DNA of 64,000 nt, taken from the IMG/VR virus record IMGVR_UViG_3300026512_000004, positions 20,653 to 84,652 of that record; one strand, written 5' to 3'. The translations under genes and the position numbers were made by a program. This DNA comes from a virus. Taxonomy: Duplodnaviria; Heunggongvirae; Uroviricota; Caudoviricetes. A model generated the notes under the pieces. The model was not told where the DNA came from. It saw only the letters and a program-made list of their open reading frames with translations, and made no database searches. This document shows, piece after piece, positions 55,770-64,000 of this stretch; within the stretch, counting starts at the first letter, position 1, and every line of letters begins with the position of its first letter.

Positions 55770-56669
55770 CTAACGGTACGTAATAATAATACCGACACTA
55801 TCACCAATTGTTTCTATACCCTGAAGTATTCTCATTTGTATACCACGGATATACTGTTTGCCCAATTCGTCCTCAACAATCAAAGCAAAGTTGTTATAAT
55901 TGTCTTCCGGTGTCACGGATGGTATGTAGGAGAGAAACATTCCTCGTTCTTCATCAAAACACTGCATATACTTTATATAGTTACGTATCCAGTTTGGGTC
56001 AGAGGGATCATTCCAAACAAGATTGTATCTGTAGCATACTGCCTTGGCTAGGTCAGAAGCCCGCGCTAGACGTGTTTTCGTTGGATCTTGAACCCATTGA
56101 CCAGTTGCCATATCAAAGTACGAATATTTATTACCCTGAAAACCAAAAGTAGCATAACCAACGTCAAAGAAGTTCTCGTCAGCAAGCAAAACCCCGCCTC
56201 CGCCTCCGCCTTGCCCTGTATCTCCACACGTGTAGGGTAATTTCAGTGTAATAAGGCCTACGTTTTCTATGTCATAAAATGATAAGTCTTGTGAAGCGGG
56301 TGAGACGTAGTAGAACCCGTGTCCTATCTCTACAAATTGGCCTTGGTCTAACTGTGTTCCATCTGTAACTGAAATCTGTCTGTAGTTAATTGTCTGTCCT
56401 TCTTGTCCTAAATACCCTATAACCAGCGGAGGCGGGTTTCCCACTCGTAAAATTTCACACGCGTCACCCCAAAGCAAAAAGAGAAAATAGTCAGAATTCT
56501 CTGTATTAACTTTAATGCGGTAGTATTCTCCTATTGTTTCTACTGCTGGGAACTCGAGTTCTTGTATTCCGTCTACCAGGTCAAACTTGAAAAGTCTTCT
56601 AGGTTCCTCGTTCTTATCGTTGATAACGTAGAAAGATGCTAGTTTAGGTACAAAATTAGTATGTCTCAT
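55770..56669 (-). CDS. hypothetical structural protein with poly-Gly linker
   Basis: 299 aa; GQGGGGGGV encoded by a (GGC/GGA) run at about 56190-56215. Confidence 0.4.
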   Translation of the reverse strand: MRHTNFVPKLASFYVINDKNEEPRRLFKFDLVDGIQELEFPAVETIGEYYRIKVNTENSDYFLFLLWGDACEILRVGNPPPLVIGYLGQEGQTINYRQISVTDGTQLDQGQFVEIGHGFYYVSPASQDLSFYDIENVGLITLKLPYTCGDTGQGGGGGGVLLADENFFDVGYATFGFQGNKYSYFDMATGQWVQDPTKTRLARASDLAKAVCYRYNLVWNDPSDPNWIRNYIKYMQCFDEERGMFLSYIPSVTPEDNYNNFALIVEDELGKQYIRGIQMRILQGIETIGDSVGIIITYR

Positions 56670-56711
56670 ATTTTAAAGGGCCACTACCGCGTAAGTTATA
56701 TTTAATAAATT

Positions 56712-57299
56712 TTAAGCAATAACTTTCATTACTCTGGTTGCACCGAGAGAGTTAAGTCCTTCGTCAAGTCTCTGGTAAATATCGTCGTCATCATGTTCAA
56801 CAACTTCTACTTTCACTGTTGCATGGCCCATATCGGGATGATGAAAGTTCACAAAATAATCGCCAAGATCGTCAATCTGAATGGGATACCTATAGATACC
56901 AGTATTACCAACTGTGTCAAGTTCAGTATTAGCGGAGAGATTTGCCTTTACACCACCTTTTACATACACTTTGTCTTTCGCTTGTGAAACGTCAGTTACA
57001 TAGTAAATAATGTTATTCGTAGGATCCTTAATTCTATCGCCAGGCACTACAGTACAACTTGAAGGATCCACTGTGAAGTAAGCATCACCCTCAAGTGCAT
57101 CATTTGTTAAAGTGCAAGAATGTCCGGGATTAGTCCACATGATTTCTTCAAAAGTCGGGCTAGGATATTTGTTTTCATACTGAGAACCAGTATCAGCGGC
57201 TACGATCTCTGCAGAAAAACTATCAGCATCATCGAAAACGTCGAACTCAGTATCTACAGCGATCCAAGATGGTTGTCCCTTCTTAATCTTTACAGCCAT
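56712..57299 (-). CDS. hypothetical structural protein
   Basis: 195 aa. Confidence 0.4.
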   Translation of the reverse strand: MAVKIKKGQPSWIAVDTEFDVFDDADSFSAEIVAADTGSQYENKYPSPTFEEIMWTNPGHSCTLTNDALEGDAYFTVDPSSCTVVPGDRIKDPTNNIIYYVTDVSQAKDKVYVKGGVKANLSANTELDTVGNTGIYRYPIQIDDLGDYFVNFHHPDMGHATVKVEVVEHDDDDIYQRLDEGLNSLGATRVMKVIA

Positions 57300-57388
57300 A
57301 TACCCTCCTATTGACTTGTTACGCGGTAGTGGCCCACTTGTTCAAGTTTACTTAAGTGTAAACCCTCTTTAATAGCTCGGAAGCAAAC

Positions 57389-57943
57389 TTATTTCTGTTC
57401 GTCGCTATACCAAGTTATTGTCTTTACTTCATCAACATCTTGTGCTTGATCGACACGTGCTTGTAAGTCCCATTTCTTCTTAAAACAGTTAAGAATATGT
57501 TCTCCCAGTTCCAAAACCATTTTTTCAAACTCGGAGACAGAAACTGTGTGAACTTGATTATAGTAATCCCTTATTACCACCTCTTCTAAATTCTTCACCT
57601 TAGCGTAATCTAAACTCGCTCTAAAGTTGTGTAAGTCTTCCAGTTTGCTATCAAGAGTTATCCCTGAAGACGTAGTAAAGCCTCTTGACAAAGTGTCAAG
57701 AAATGCTTGTTTAATTTCCTCTTTCTTTTTCTTCTTCCACAATTCAAGTTCTTTCTCCACATCCACCTCAATTTGTTGAGTATCTGGGTTGTATTTGTAA
57801 AAACCGAAGTCAGACTTAGGTGGGTTATCGACTTTAACATATGTAACATCGTAAAATTTTTGAGACAAGAAATAATCCTCTTTCTCTTTTGGAATATTGA
57901 CGGGTCTGACATTGTTGTATCTATCAATTCTAAAAATGGCCAT
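57389..57943 (-). CDS. tail-fibre assembly/chaperone-like protein (paralog of 47908-48465)
   Basis: 184 aa directly 3' of the 680-aa fibre; shared VIRDYYNQVHT...KKWDLQARVD. Confidence 0.4.
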   Translation of the reverse strand: MAIFRIDRYNNVRPVNIPKEKEDYFLSQKFYDVTYVKVDNPPKSDFGFYKYNPDTQQIEVDVEKELELWKKKKKEEIKQAFLDTLSRGFTTSSGITLDSKLEDLHNFRASLDYAKVKNLEEVVIRDYYNQVHTVSVSEFEKMVLELGEHILNCFKKKWDLQARVDQAQDVDEVKTITWYSDEQK

Positions 57944-57959
57944 TGTCTTTTCTCCTTTA

Positions 57960-60002
57960 CTACGTAGTCGTTATAGAATAGGTAAGGTCTTGTTTAGCAT
58001 ATTTCCTAACTCTAATCCAATGAAAGTTCCATATTGTAACACCCCAAGCAGGTCTCCAAGCACCAATAATTAGCCTCTTCCAAGCTTGATTCTTAAATGT
58101 AGAATCCTCCCTGGTATGATCTACCTCTAGACTGTTATCGGTTGTGGGTTTAAAATGGTATAGAACACTACCGTCATAAGCACCAGCAATATGATAAGAC
58201 ACGCCAGTTTGAGGCCCATAAAAACCAGAATATTGACCGTTGTCTGTGTTTGCATAATTTGAATTGACTATAGTTCTCATAAAATGAGCATCTCCACTAT
58301 AACCCCACCATCCCCAATCATATCCATTTTTCAAGATATCATCTGTATTCCCTGAACTACCCAAAGTCTCCTCTGTAGATAAACCAAATAAAACACATTC
58401 TCCTGTTGACTTTGCACTAACTATAGCTTCAATAATTACACTATTGGGTAAAGATAAAACTGGAGACTGGTAAAAAGCAATACCTGTAAGTTGCATCTTG
58501 CCATCTTGCAATGATCCGCTTCCGTAAATTACGCTAAATTTAGTACTACCGTTAAAATCATCGTAGAAATCAAAAATATCGTCACCGGAAACAGCTGTTT
58601 CAACACTACTCGGCATTATGCGTAAAACTACATCGCCACCAGCAGATATCGAGGGTATTTTAATCCATACCAAAGTAGTATCCCATTCTGTTTTGGTGTC
58701 AGTGACTTCACCATCCGACTTTTCGTAGGCAAAAGGTATAATAGTGTTATCTCCAGTTACAATCTTAAAATAAGGCCAAGAATCAATAGTAGACTTAATA
58801 CCACTTAAATCAATTTTCATTTGGAAATCTGATAAATTACAAGAATTTGGATTGTATATTTGCAACTTAATCTTGGTAGATAACTCATCATACAGCTGTG
58901 CTACTTCAGAGGCTGATAATTGTTTTGAAAATACTCTAATATGGTCTATACGTATATTTGAACAAGGAAAATCTCCACCAGTAGGATTACCAGAACCAAA
59001 CAGCAAATAATCACGTGGTTCACTATTAGCAGAACTTCCAATATTAGACGTTCCAGCAAAACTACCATTAAGATACACATCAACCGCATCGCTTCCATTC
59101 CAAACTAAACAGATATGGTGCCAAGCATTAGCTGTTAGTCCGATATCAATAGATTGACCAGGACAAATACCAGTCCTACCGCAAGAAACTTTCAAATCTT
59201 GGTGAACTAAAAAGTTCCAATGTCCGTTAGGACCAGACATAACTACACAATAACTCGCGGGGATGTTATTATCAATGTAAATCCAAAAAGACGCACTTTT
59301 ACAGTTAACAGGCCCCGTTATCTTAACCGTTTGGTTACCAGTAAACTTAACCGCTTTATTCTTTTTACCATCGACAAAACTGGGGTTATTATATATAGAA
59401 ACACTATGTCCTTCCAAATCGTCAAAACTTCCATCCAATGGCATAAATACTTCTTCACTACCGTCTTTGAAGAAATCAACTGCATAAGGACCAACAACTG
59501 TCCCCAATTGACCAATCCACTTGTTCATATTATAACTATTGTCTACACAAACGAAGATCTCACCGGTAGTGGTATTGACCCAAGAAGCACCTACACTATC
59601 CGGATTAACGTCAACTGAAGGATTAGAAGGATACGAATAATCGAAACCACCCCCACCACCAGTAGTTATAGCAGTAAACTCAAGTCCGGTACCCTCAGCA
59701 TTAACTCTTACAAATCTACCTGCTTGTCCCTTGTAGGAAGAAGGTGTATCAGCTAGATCTAAGAATGTACAGGATTTCTTTACTTTGAGTTTGTGTGTGT
59801 CAACATCTACTGTAATAGTTTCGTCATCAACTTTATCAGAAAGATAACCAGCAGTAGGATCAGACGTGTCAGCCTTTACCTTCTCATCCGAACCTTCACA
59901 AGAAACAGGCTCACCATCAACTAAAAGTTCACCACTCTCGTCAATAGTAAGAATATGATTATTTATTTCAAGTCCAGTTACTGGTAACTCGTTTGCCATC
60001 AA
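57960..60002 (-). CDS. tail fibre / receptor-binding protein with LamG domain
   Basis: WHHICLVWNGSDAVDVYLNGSF...HIRVFSKQLSASEVAQLY LamG signature; 680 aa. Confidence 0.6.
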   Translation of the reverse strand: MMANELPVTGLEINNHILTIDESGELLVDGEPVSCEGSDEKVKADTSDPTAGYLSDKVDDETITVDVDTHKLKVKKSCTFLDLADTPSSYKGQAGRFVRVNAEGTGLEFTAITTGGGGGFDYSYPSNPSVDVNPDSVGASWVNTTTGEIFVCVDNSYNMNKWIGQLGTVVGPYAVDFFKDGSEEVFMPLDGSFDDLEGHSVSIYNNPSFVDGKKNKAVKFTGNQTVKITGPVNCKSASFWIYIDNNIPASYCVVMSGPNGHWNFLVHQDLKVSCGRTGICPGQSIDIGLTANAWHHICLVWNGSDAVDVYLNGSFAGTSNIGSSANSEPRDYLLFGSGNPTGGDFPCSNIRIDHIRVFSKQLSASEVAQLYDELSTKIKLQIYNPNSCNLSDFQMKIDLSGIKSTIDSWPYFKIVTGDNTIIPFAYEKSDGEVTDTKTEWDTTLVWIKIPSISAGGDVVLRIMPSSVETAVSGDDIFDFYDDFNGSTKFSVIYGSGSLQDGKMQLTGIAFYQSPVLSLPNSVIIEAIVSAKSTGECVLFGLSTEETLGSSGNTDDILKNGYDWGWWGYSGDAHFMRTIVNSNYANTDNGQYSGFYGPQTGVSYHIAGAYDGSVLYHFKPTTDNSLEVDHTREDSTFKNQAWKRLIIGAWRPAWGVTIWNFHWIRVRKYAKQDLTYSITTT

Positions 60003-60009
60003 TTTACCC

Positions 60010-60402
60010 CTACGCTATTATCTTAATTCTTTTACCTGTAGACGTTATAAGACTTGTTTGTTCCTCCTCTTCTGTCATAAGTTCATTAATATTTGCTTCT
60101 ACACTCATTAGTCGCAATCGTATCTCCTTTAGTAATCCACAAACATCACAATCAAAAACGGGACTCTTTTTTCGTAGATATAAATTCCCATCTATAACTG
60201 CCAAAACATATTCCTCTCCAGTAGCTGTATCTATAAGTGGAGGATTATTCTCCGGTTCTGTGTCCTCTTCTATTAGAATTAAATTGCCATCTAATACAGT
60301 TAAACGCCACAAAACATCTAAAACGTCATCGGCGATTATATAATCGAAATCCCAAGTATCATCAACCCATTCTAAAATTCCATTAGTTACTTGAAGTGCC
60401 AT
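60010..60402 (-). CDS. hypothetical protein with CDVC motif
   Basis: 130 aa; FDCDVCGLLKEI shared with 61378-62058. Confidence 0.35.
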   Translation of the reverse strand: MALQVTNGILEWVDDTWDFDYIIADDVLDVLWRLTVLDGNLILIEEDTEPENNPPLIDTATGEEYVLAVIDGNLYLRKKSPVFDCDVCGLLKEIRLRLMSVEANINELMTEEEEQTSLITSTGKRIKIIA

Positions 60403-60404
60403 AG

Positions 60405-60728
60405 CTAATATCCAAGTATTTTCTTTTCTATTCGCGCAAGTTTTATATTGTTATTCCTCAAGAAATCAAGGTAGGGCACAACCTCTATAGTAGCGAACAT
60501 TGGACGTATCTTATTGTTCTGCTCCACAACTTTCAAGAGAACTTTTCCCACAAAATCAAAAGAATGTTTGAGAACGTAAGTGTAATCATCTAATTTAACG
60601 AAGGATTTATCTAGTTTGGTGAAACCACTGTCACCCACTCTACGATAATAAGCCTCAAACTCATAATCCCCAGGTGTATTAACAATAACTACTATCTCGT
60701 TCTCTCTACCTCTTTCCCAAATAGCCAT
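60405..60728 (-). CDS. hypothetical protein
   Basis: 107 aa. Confidence 0.35.
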   Translation of the reverse strand: MAIWERGRENEIVVIVNTPGDYEFEAYYRRVGDSGFTKLDKSFVKLDDYTYVLKHSFDFVGKVLLKVVEQNNKIRPMFATIEVVPYLDFLRNNNIKLARIEKKILGY

Positions 60729-60741
60729 TGTTGTGACCTTA

Positions 60742-61368
60742 CTACACTATAAGTCTACCAGATAATGTTGCGCCTCCACCACTACCAAGATTATTTAGAA
60801 CTTCATCAAGCTTATTATTTACAATAGAATCGTGTGTAGCAATTTGGTCTGAAATAGTACGTAAGTCCTTGTCCACTACGTACACCTTAGTGCTCTCATT
60901 TAACAGTCCAATAGACGGATTGTTCACAATTAGTATGTACTGTCCTACTGAGTTAAGGGTAAGCTTTCTTTCGTAGATACCAGTATTACCCACTTGTACT
61001 ACAGAAGATCCAGAACTATAATCTGTTTTGAGAGGACGTCTAAATATAAGTTTGTTATTTACTGTATCGACTCCCGCTACATACTTTATTTCACTGTTAG
61101 CAATCTTGACTCTCATACCAACGGTAAAAGCTGAAGCATCACTAACAACTATTTCAGTACTTCCAGCGGAAGCATTACTTGCTAAGGTCGTAGACACAGG
61201 CGAACTTATCGCTTCAATAACTTCGGTGAAATCTCCCTCAACTGGTGTAGCTTCAGTAGCGTCCTTTTCCTTAATCAAGAGTTGAAAACCAGAAGCCCCA
61301 TAAATATCATAGGGTGATAAATCTATTGCGAGTAGTTGTTCTTCTCCTACCATCCAAGTCTGTGCCAT
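60742..61368 (-). CDS. hypothetical structural protein
   Basis: 208 aa. Confidence 0.4.
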   Translation of the reverse strand: MAQTWMVGEEQLLAIDLSPYDIYGASGFQLLIKEKDATEATPVEGDFTEVIEAISSPVSTTLASNASAGSTEIVVSDASAFTVGMRVKIANSEIKYVAGVDTVNNKLIFRRPLKTDYSSGSSVVQVGNTGIYERKLTLNSVGQYILIVNNPSIGLLNESTKVYVVDKDLRTISDQIATHDSIVNNKLDEVLNNLGSGGGATLSGRLIV

Positions 61369-61377
61369 AGATTCCCC

Positions 61378-62058
61378 CTAGACAATAAATCTAGCCGTTA
61401 TCCTCTCCTCAGTTGTATTTTCTTGAGGCTGTGGCATCGTCTTTTCTGTAGCTTTCCGGTGTTGCTTCAGTTCACTATATATGTCTTCTAATAACTTGCA
61501 TACATCACAGTTAAAGATCTGATTACCTGTTTCACCACTAAACTGTTGCATATATGTCTCTGGATCACTTACTTCCAGTGTATCTACTGTAACAGTCAAA
61601 CTAGTTTCATCGCTCAAAGGCACAAATAGGTAATCTGTTTGCTCGTTAACACTTAACATATCTGTATCATCTAGGTGAAATACGTCACACGGGTATAAAA
61701 TAAATAATCTCGTACTGTTCTGCTGATGAGATATGGATAATAGCTGAGTACAACACATGGAATCTCTACTAACAATAGGTTGAGTTGACTTGTTCGATAG
61801 TTTAGCTACAAAAAGACCAGCTACATTAGAATACACATCTGACAGCCCTCGAACCAAAAGCTGATTATGAACATCAGGTTTAGTGAAACCAGAAATCAGA
61901 TTAACAGTAGTACATGTCTTGACACTAGTGTGATGCCAACTACAACTAACAGCATTGTCAACTTTTAAAACAGCATCATCGGATACAAAGAACGTTGTTC
62001 GCTTTCCAACATCGACTTCTAAGTAATCCTCATCATATACCCTATTTCCTATAAACAT
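61378..62058 (-). CDS. hypothetical protein with CDVC motif
   Basis: 226 aa; FNCDVCKLLEDI. Confidence 0.4.
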   Translation of the reverse strand: MFIGNRVYDEDYLEVDVGKRTTFFVSDDAVLKVDNAVSCSWHHTSVKTCTTVNLISGFTKPDVHNQLLVRGLSDVYSNVAGLFVAKLSNKSTQPIVSRDSMCCTQLLSISHQQNSTRLFILYPCDVFHLDDTDMLSVNEQTDYLFVPLSDETSLTVTVDTLEVSDPETYMQQFSGETGNQIFNCDVCKLLEDIYSELKQHRKATEKTMPQPQENTTEERITARFIV

Positions 62059-62059
62059 C

Positions 62060-63562
62060 CTATACCCTTACTCCCTTGACATAAATCATACCAGGACCAA
62101 GAACTTTAACATCTACCAAAACATCGTTATTCGTAGAGGTAGTTACAGTTTGCACTAACGTATCTCCATCCTTAGTTGGAAAGACAGCATTACCACTTTC
62201 AATAGTAAGCTTAACATCCACTGCAACTCTATTGTTAAACAAATCGTAAGCAGAAACAGCAACTTGTGTAGTAATAGGTTCACCTTGCCATGTAACCTCT
62301 TTTTCCACAAAACGTACGTCTATTCTATCTACATCAAATAATGGAGTAAAGTAAACATCTCTATTCGCATCAGCAAACCACAAACGACCCAAAGAATCTT
62401 GTCCGACTGCAAGACAAGACATACTAAACGTTTTCACCAAATCAAATGTATTATCTGTAGAATTAAACTTGCGCATTTCAACTTTTGAATCGTAGATGAC
62501 CAAAATTAGGTCACCTGTATCATTCAGCTTCAAATAACCACGAGCACGATCGGGTAATTGAGTTCTGTTAAGTAAAACTATAGAATCGTCACTACGTGAA
62601 AAAACATAAATAGCAAAAACATTGAGGTTATTTTTACTCGTCTGTGTGGATTCAAAAGTGCCAAGTGCCAATTTATCACCAGGAAGGATCCAAGGGAATA
62701 AATTGCTTTGTGCATCACGATAATTAAAATGTGTCATAGTGTGTCCGTTTAAGTCAGTAGCGATCTGCGTAACAGTACAAGAAGCTCCATCATCAATATC
62801 CACTTTGTAGAAATTAAATCTATCTGTTGCAGGATAGGGTATATAGAAAGTTTTGACACCGTTATTGACAACTGGATTGGAAGCTATAGTATTGCATTTA
62901 TAAGCCGCTGTTTTGTCCGAAATAACAGTGTGTGTATTCGTGCTAACATCAAATTTAACAATCAGTACCCGATTTGTGCGATAATGATTGGAAATGTAGA
63001 AGAAAATTGTGTTGCCAACTAACGTAAGAAAACCACCAGTTGACCAATCACAACACTGAGCATCTAAAATTTTCCCTAAGTTAGAATTGAGTTTACCGGC
63101 ATAGTAAAATCTCGCCCTATAACTATTTTCAGCACAATATACTATTTGGTTACTTTGAGGAATATAATATACGGGAATCCATCTTGTATTTGAATCGCCG
63201 CCACCGTAACAACCAACAAGTCTGCCTTCTCCATCAGATGAGTACTTCCTAACAATGTCCCTACAAGGATAAGCAATAACGTGGCCATCATCTAGTTTTA
63301 TGTACATGGGAGACTTATCGTGTTCTGGCATGTATCTATGAGAAAGATAATCAACGTAATAGTTTTTATACTTCATCCATAATTTATGAAGAACAAGCAT
63401 TGGTGTTTCGGGTAGAAAGGGTAATAAGGCTGAACGAAATTTTGGGGCAAACGTAAACTTATCGTGACCGGCACCGTAGAAATACATCATATCTTCAGTT
63501 TCTATTACAGCGGGACATCCACCACCTCCACATTTGTATCTATTTTCGAGAAATATCTCCAT
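62060..63562 (-). CDS. hypothetical structural protein (first gene of tail/baseplate operon in window)
   Basis: 500 aa; a 190-nt non-coding gap upstream (63563-63749) could hold a promoter. Confidence 0.4.
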   Translation of the reverse strand: MEIFLENRYKCGGGGCPAVIETEDMMYFYGAGHDKFTFAPKFRSALLPFLPETPMLVLHKLWMKYKNYYVDYLSHRYMPEHDKSPMYIKLDDGHVIAYPCRDIVRKYSSDGEGRLVGCYGGGDSNTRWIPVYYIPQSNQIVYCAENSYRARFYYAGKLNSNLGKILDAQCCDWSTGGFLTLVGNTIFFYISNHYRTNRVLIVKFDVSTNTHTVISDKTAAYKCNTIASNPVVNNGVKTFYIPYPATDRFNFYKVDIDDGASCTVTQIATDLNGHTMTHFNYRDAQSNLFPWILPGDKLALGTFESTQTSKNNLNVFAIYVFSRSDDSIVLLNRTQLPDRARGYLKLNDTGDLILVIYDSKVEMRKFNSTDNTFDLVKTFSMSCLAVGQDSLGRLWFADANRDVYFTPLFDVDRIDVRFVEKEVTWQGEPITTQVAVSAYDLFNNRVAVDVKLTIESGNAVFPTKDGDTLVQTVTTSTNNDVLVDVKVLGPGMIYVKGVRV

Positions 63563-63749
63563 AGGATCCTCCTATACCGGAACTTATCCTTCTTTTCTGT
63601 ATGAATACTGAAGACCCTTCTAGTACAAACAATCAGAGCTTTAAGACTAGGAGTTACTATTCTAAGGTTATGTCCGTGTGCTTACGTCCTTAGACCACTT
63701 TGGGAACAAATGATAGAAGAGGAAATAGGTGTTCCTAAGGATTAGAAAA

Positions 63750-63995
63750 CTATTGTATGTTTTGGTGCATAAAATCTTGTATATCATGATAAAACTGTTT
63801 CATAGTAGTCAAATACTTGTTTAAAGCATCAAAATCGGCAGTGCCTTCAAGGGACCAACATAATTCATCATAAGCACACAAAACGGCTATTTGGAGTGCA
63901 CGTAGTATCCAATACTTGATGTTATTGTTTGGGGCTTCATATTTAGAGAAAACGGTGTTATAATAATCTTCTAGAGTAGTTTTACCTGCTATCAC
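63750..63995 (-). CDS. hypothetical protein
   Basis: 81 aa, near window edge. Confidence 0.3.
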   Translation of the reverse strand: MIAGKTTLEDYYNTVFSKYEAPNNNIKYWILRALQIAVLCAYDELCWSLEGTADFDALNKYLTTMKQFYHDIQDFMHQNIQ

Positions 63996-64000
63996 ATTAC

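Noticed and set aside
56190-56215. GGC/GGA trinucleotide run as a possible phase-variation tract
   Set aside because: It is short, an in-frame multiple of 3, and encodes a poly-Gly linker. There is no evidence of a frame-shifting homopolymer.

Overview
The window looks like a 64-kb stretch of a large virulent contractile-tailed phage genome. It is AT-rich, has strong GGAGG-type ribosome-binding sites, and carries T4-like replication genes. No rRNA, tRNA or CRISPR array was recognised.

Layout:
- 1-34.1 kb, + strand: early/middle nucleotide-metabolism and replication genes.
 - NrdG-like radical-SAM activase.
 - DnaG-type primase.
 - Topoisomerase II medium subunit (GyrA-like) and large subunit (GyrB-like).
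 - Anaerobic class III ribonucleotide reductase NrdD interrupted by two inteins, followed by a separately encoded glycyl-radical peptide.
 - RFC-like clamp loader.
 - QueE radical-SAM and FolE (GTP cyclohydrolase I), i.e. a partial 7-deazaguanine pathway.
 - A family-4-type UDG-fold Fe-S domain protein translationally coupled to QueE.
 - SF2 helicase, RNase HI, lipoprotein, P-loop kinase, patatin-like phospholipase.
 - A family-B DNA polymerase split into two genes in permuted order (C-terminal palm/thumb gene first, exonuclease/palm-A/B gene second).
 - DnaC-like P-loop ATPase, ThiF/E1-like protein, SPFH/band-7 protein.
- 34.1-63.6 kb, mainly - strand: tail module.
 - Tail sheath then tail tube.
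 - Metallophosphoesterase.
 - Mosaic paralogous LamG-type fibres, each followed by a paralogous small chaperone-like gene.
 - A 953-aa protein built from tandem PKD-like domains.
 - Many unassigned baseplate candidates.
- Two copies of a ~230-260 nt structured non-coding module lie in direct orientation at about 30.7 kb and 41.1 kb. Each ends in a strong SD just upstream of a + strand gene.
- A family of GGGGTCC...GGACCCC hairpins marks operon ends.

The most unusual features:
- The permuted split PolB.
- The two-intein NrdD with its detached glycyl-radical peptide.
- The QueE-coupled UDG-fold protein without a recognisable DpdA, QueC or QueD.
- The duplicated structured RNA-like module.
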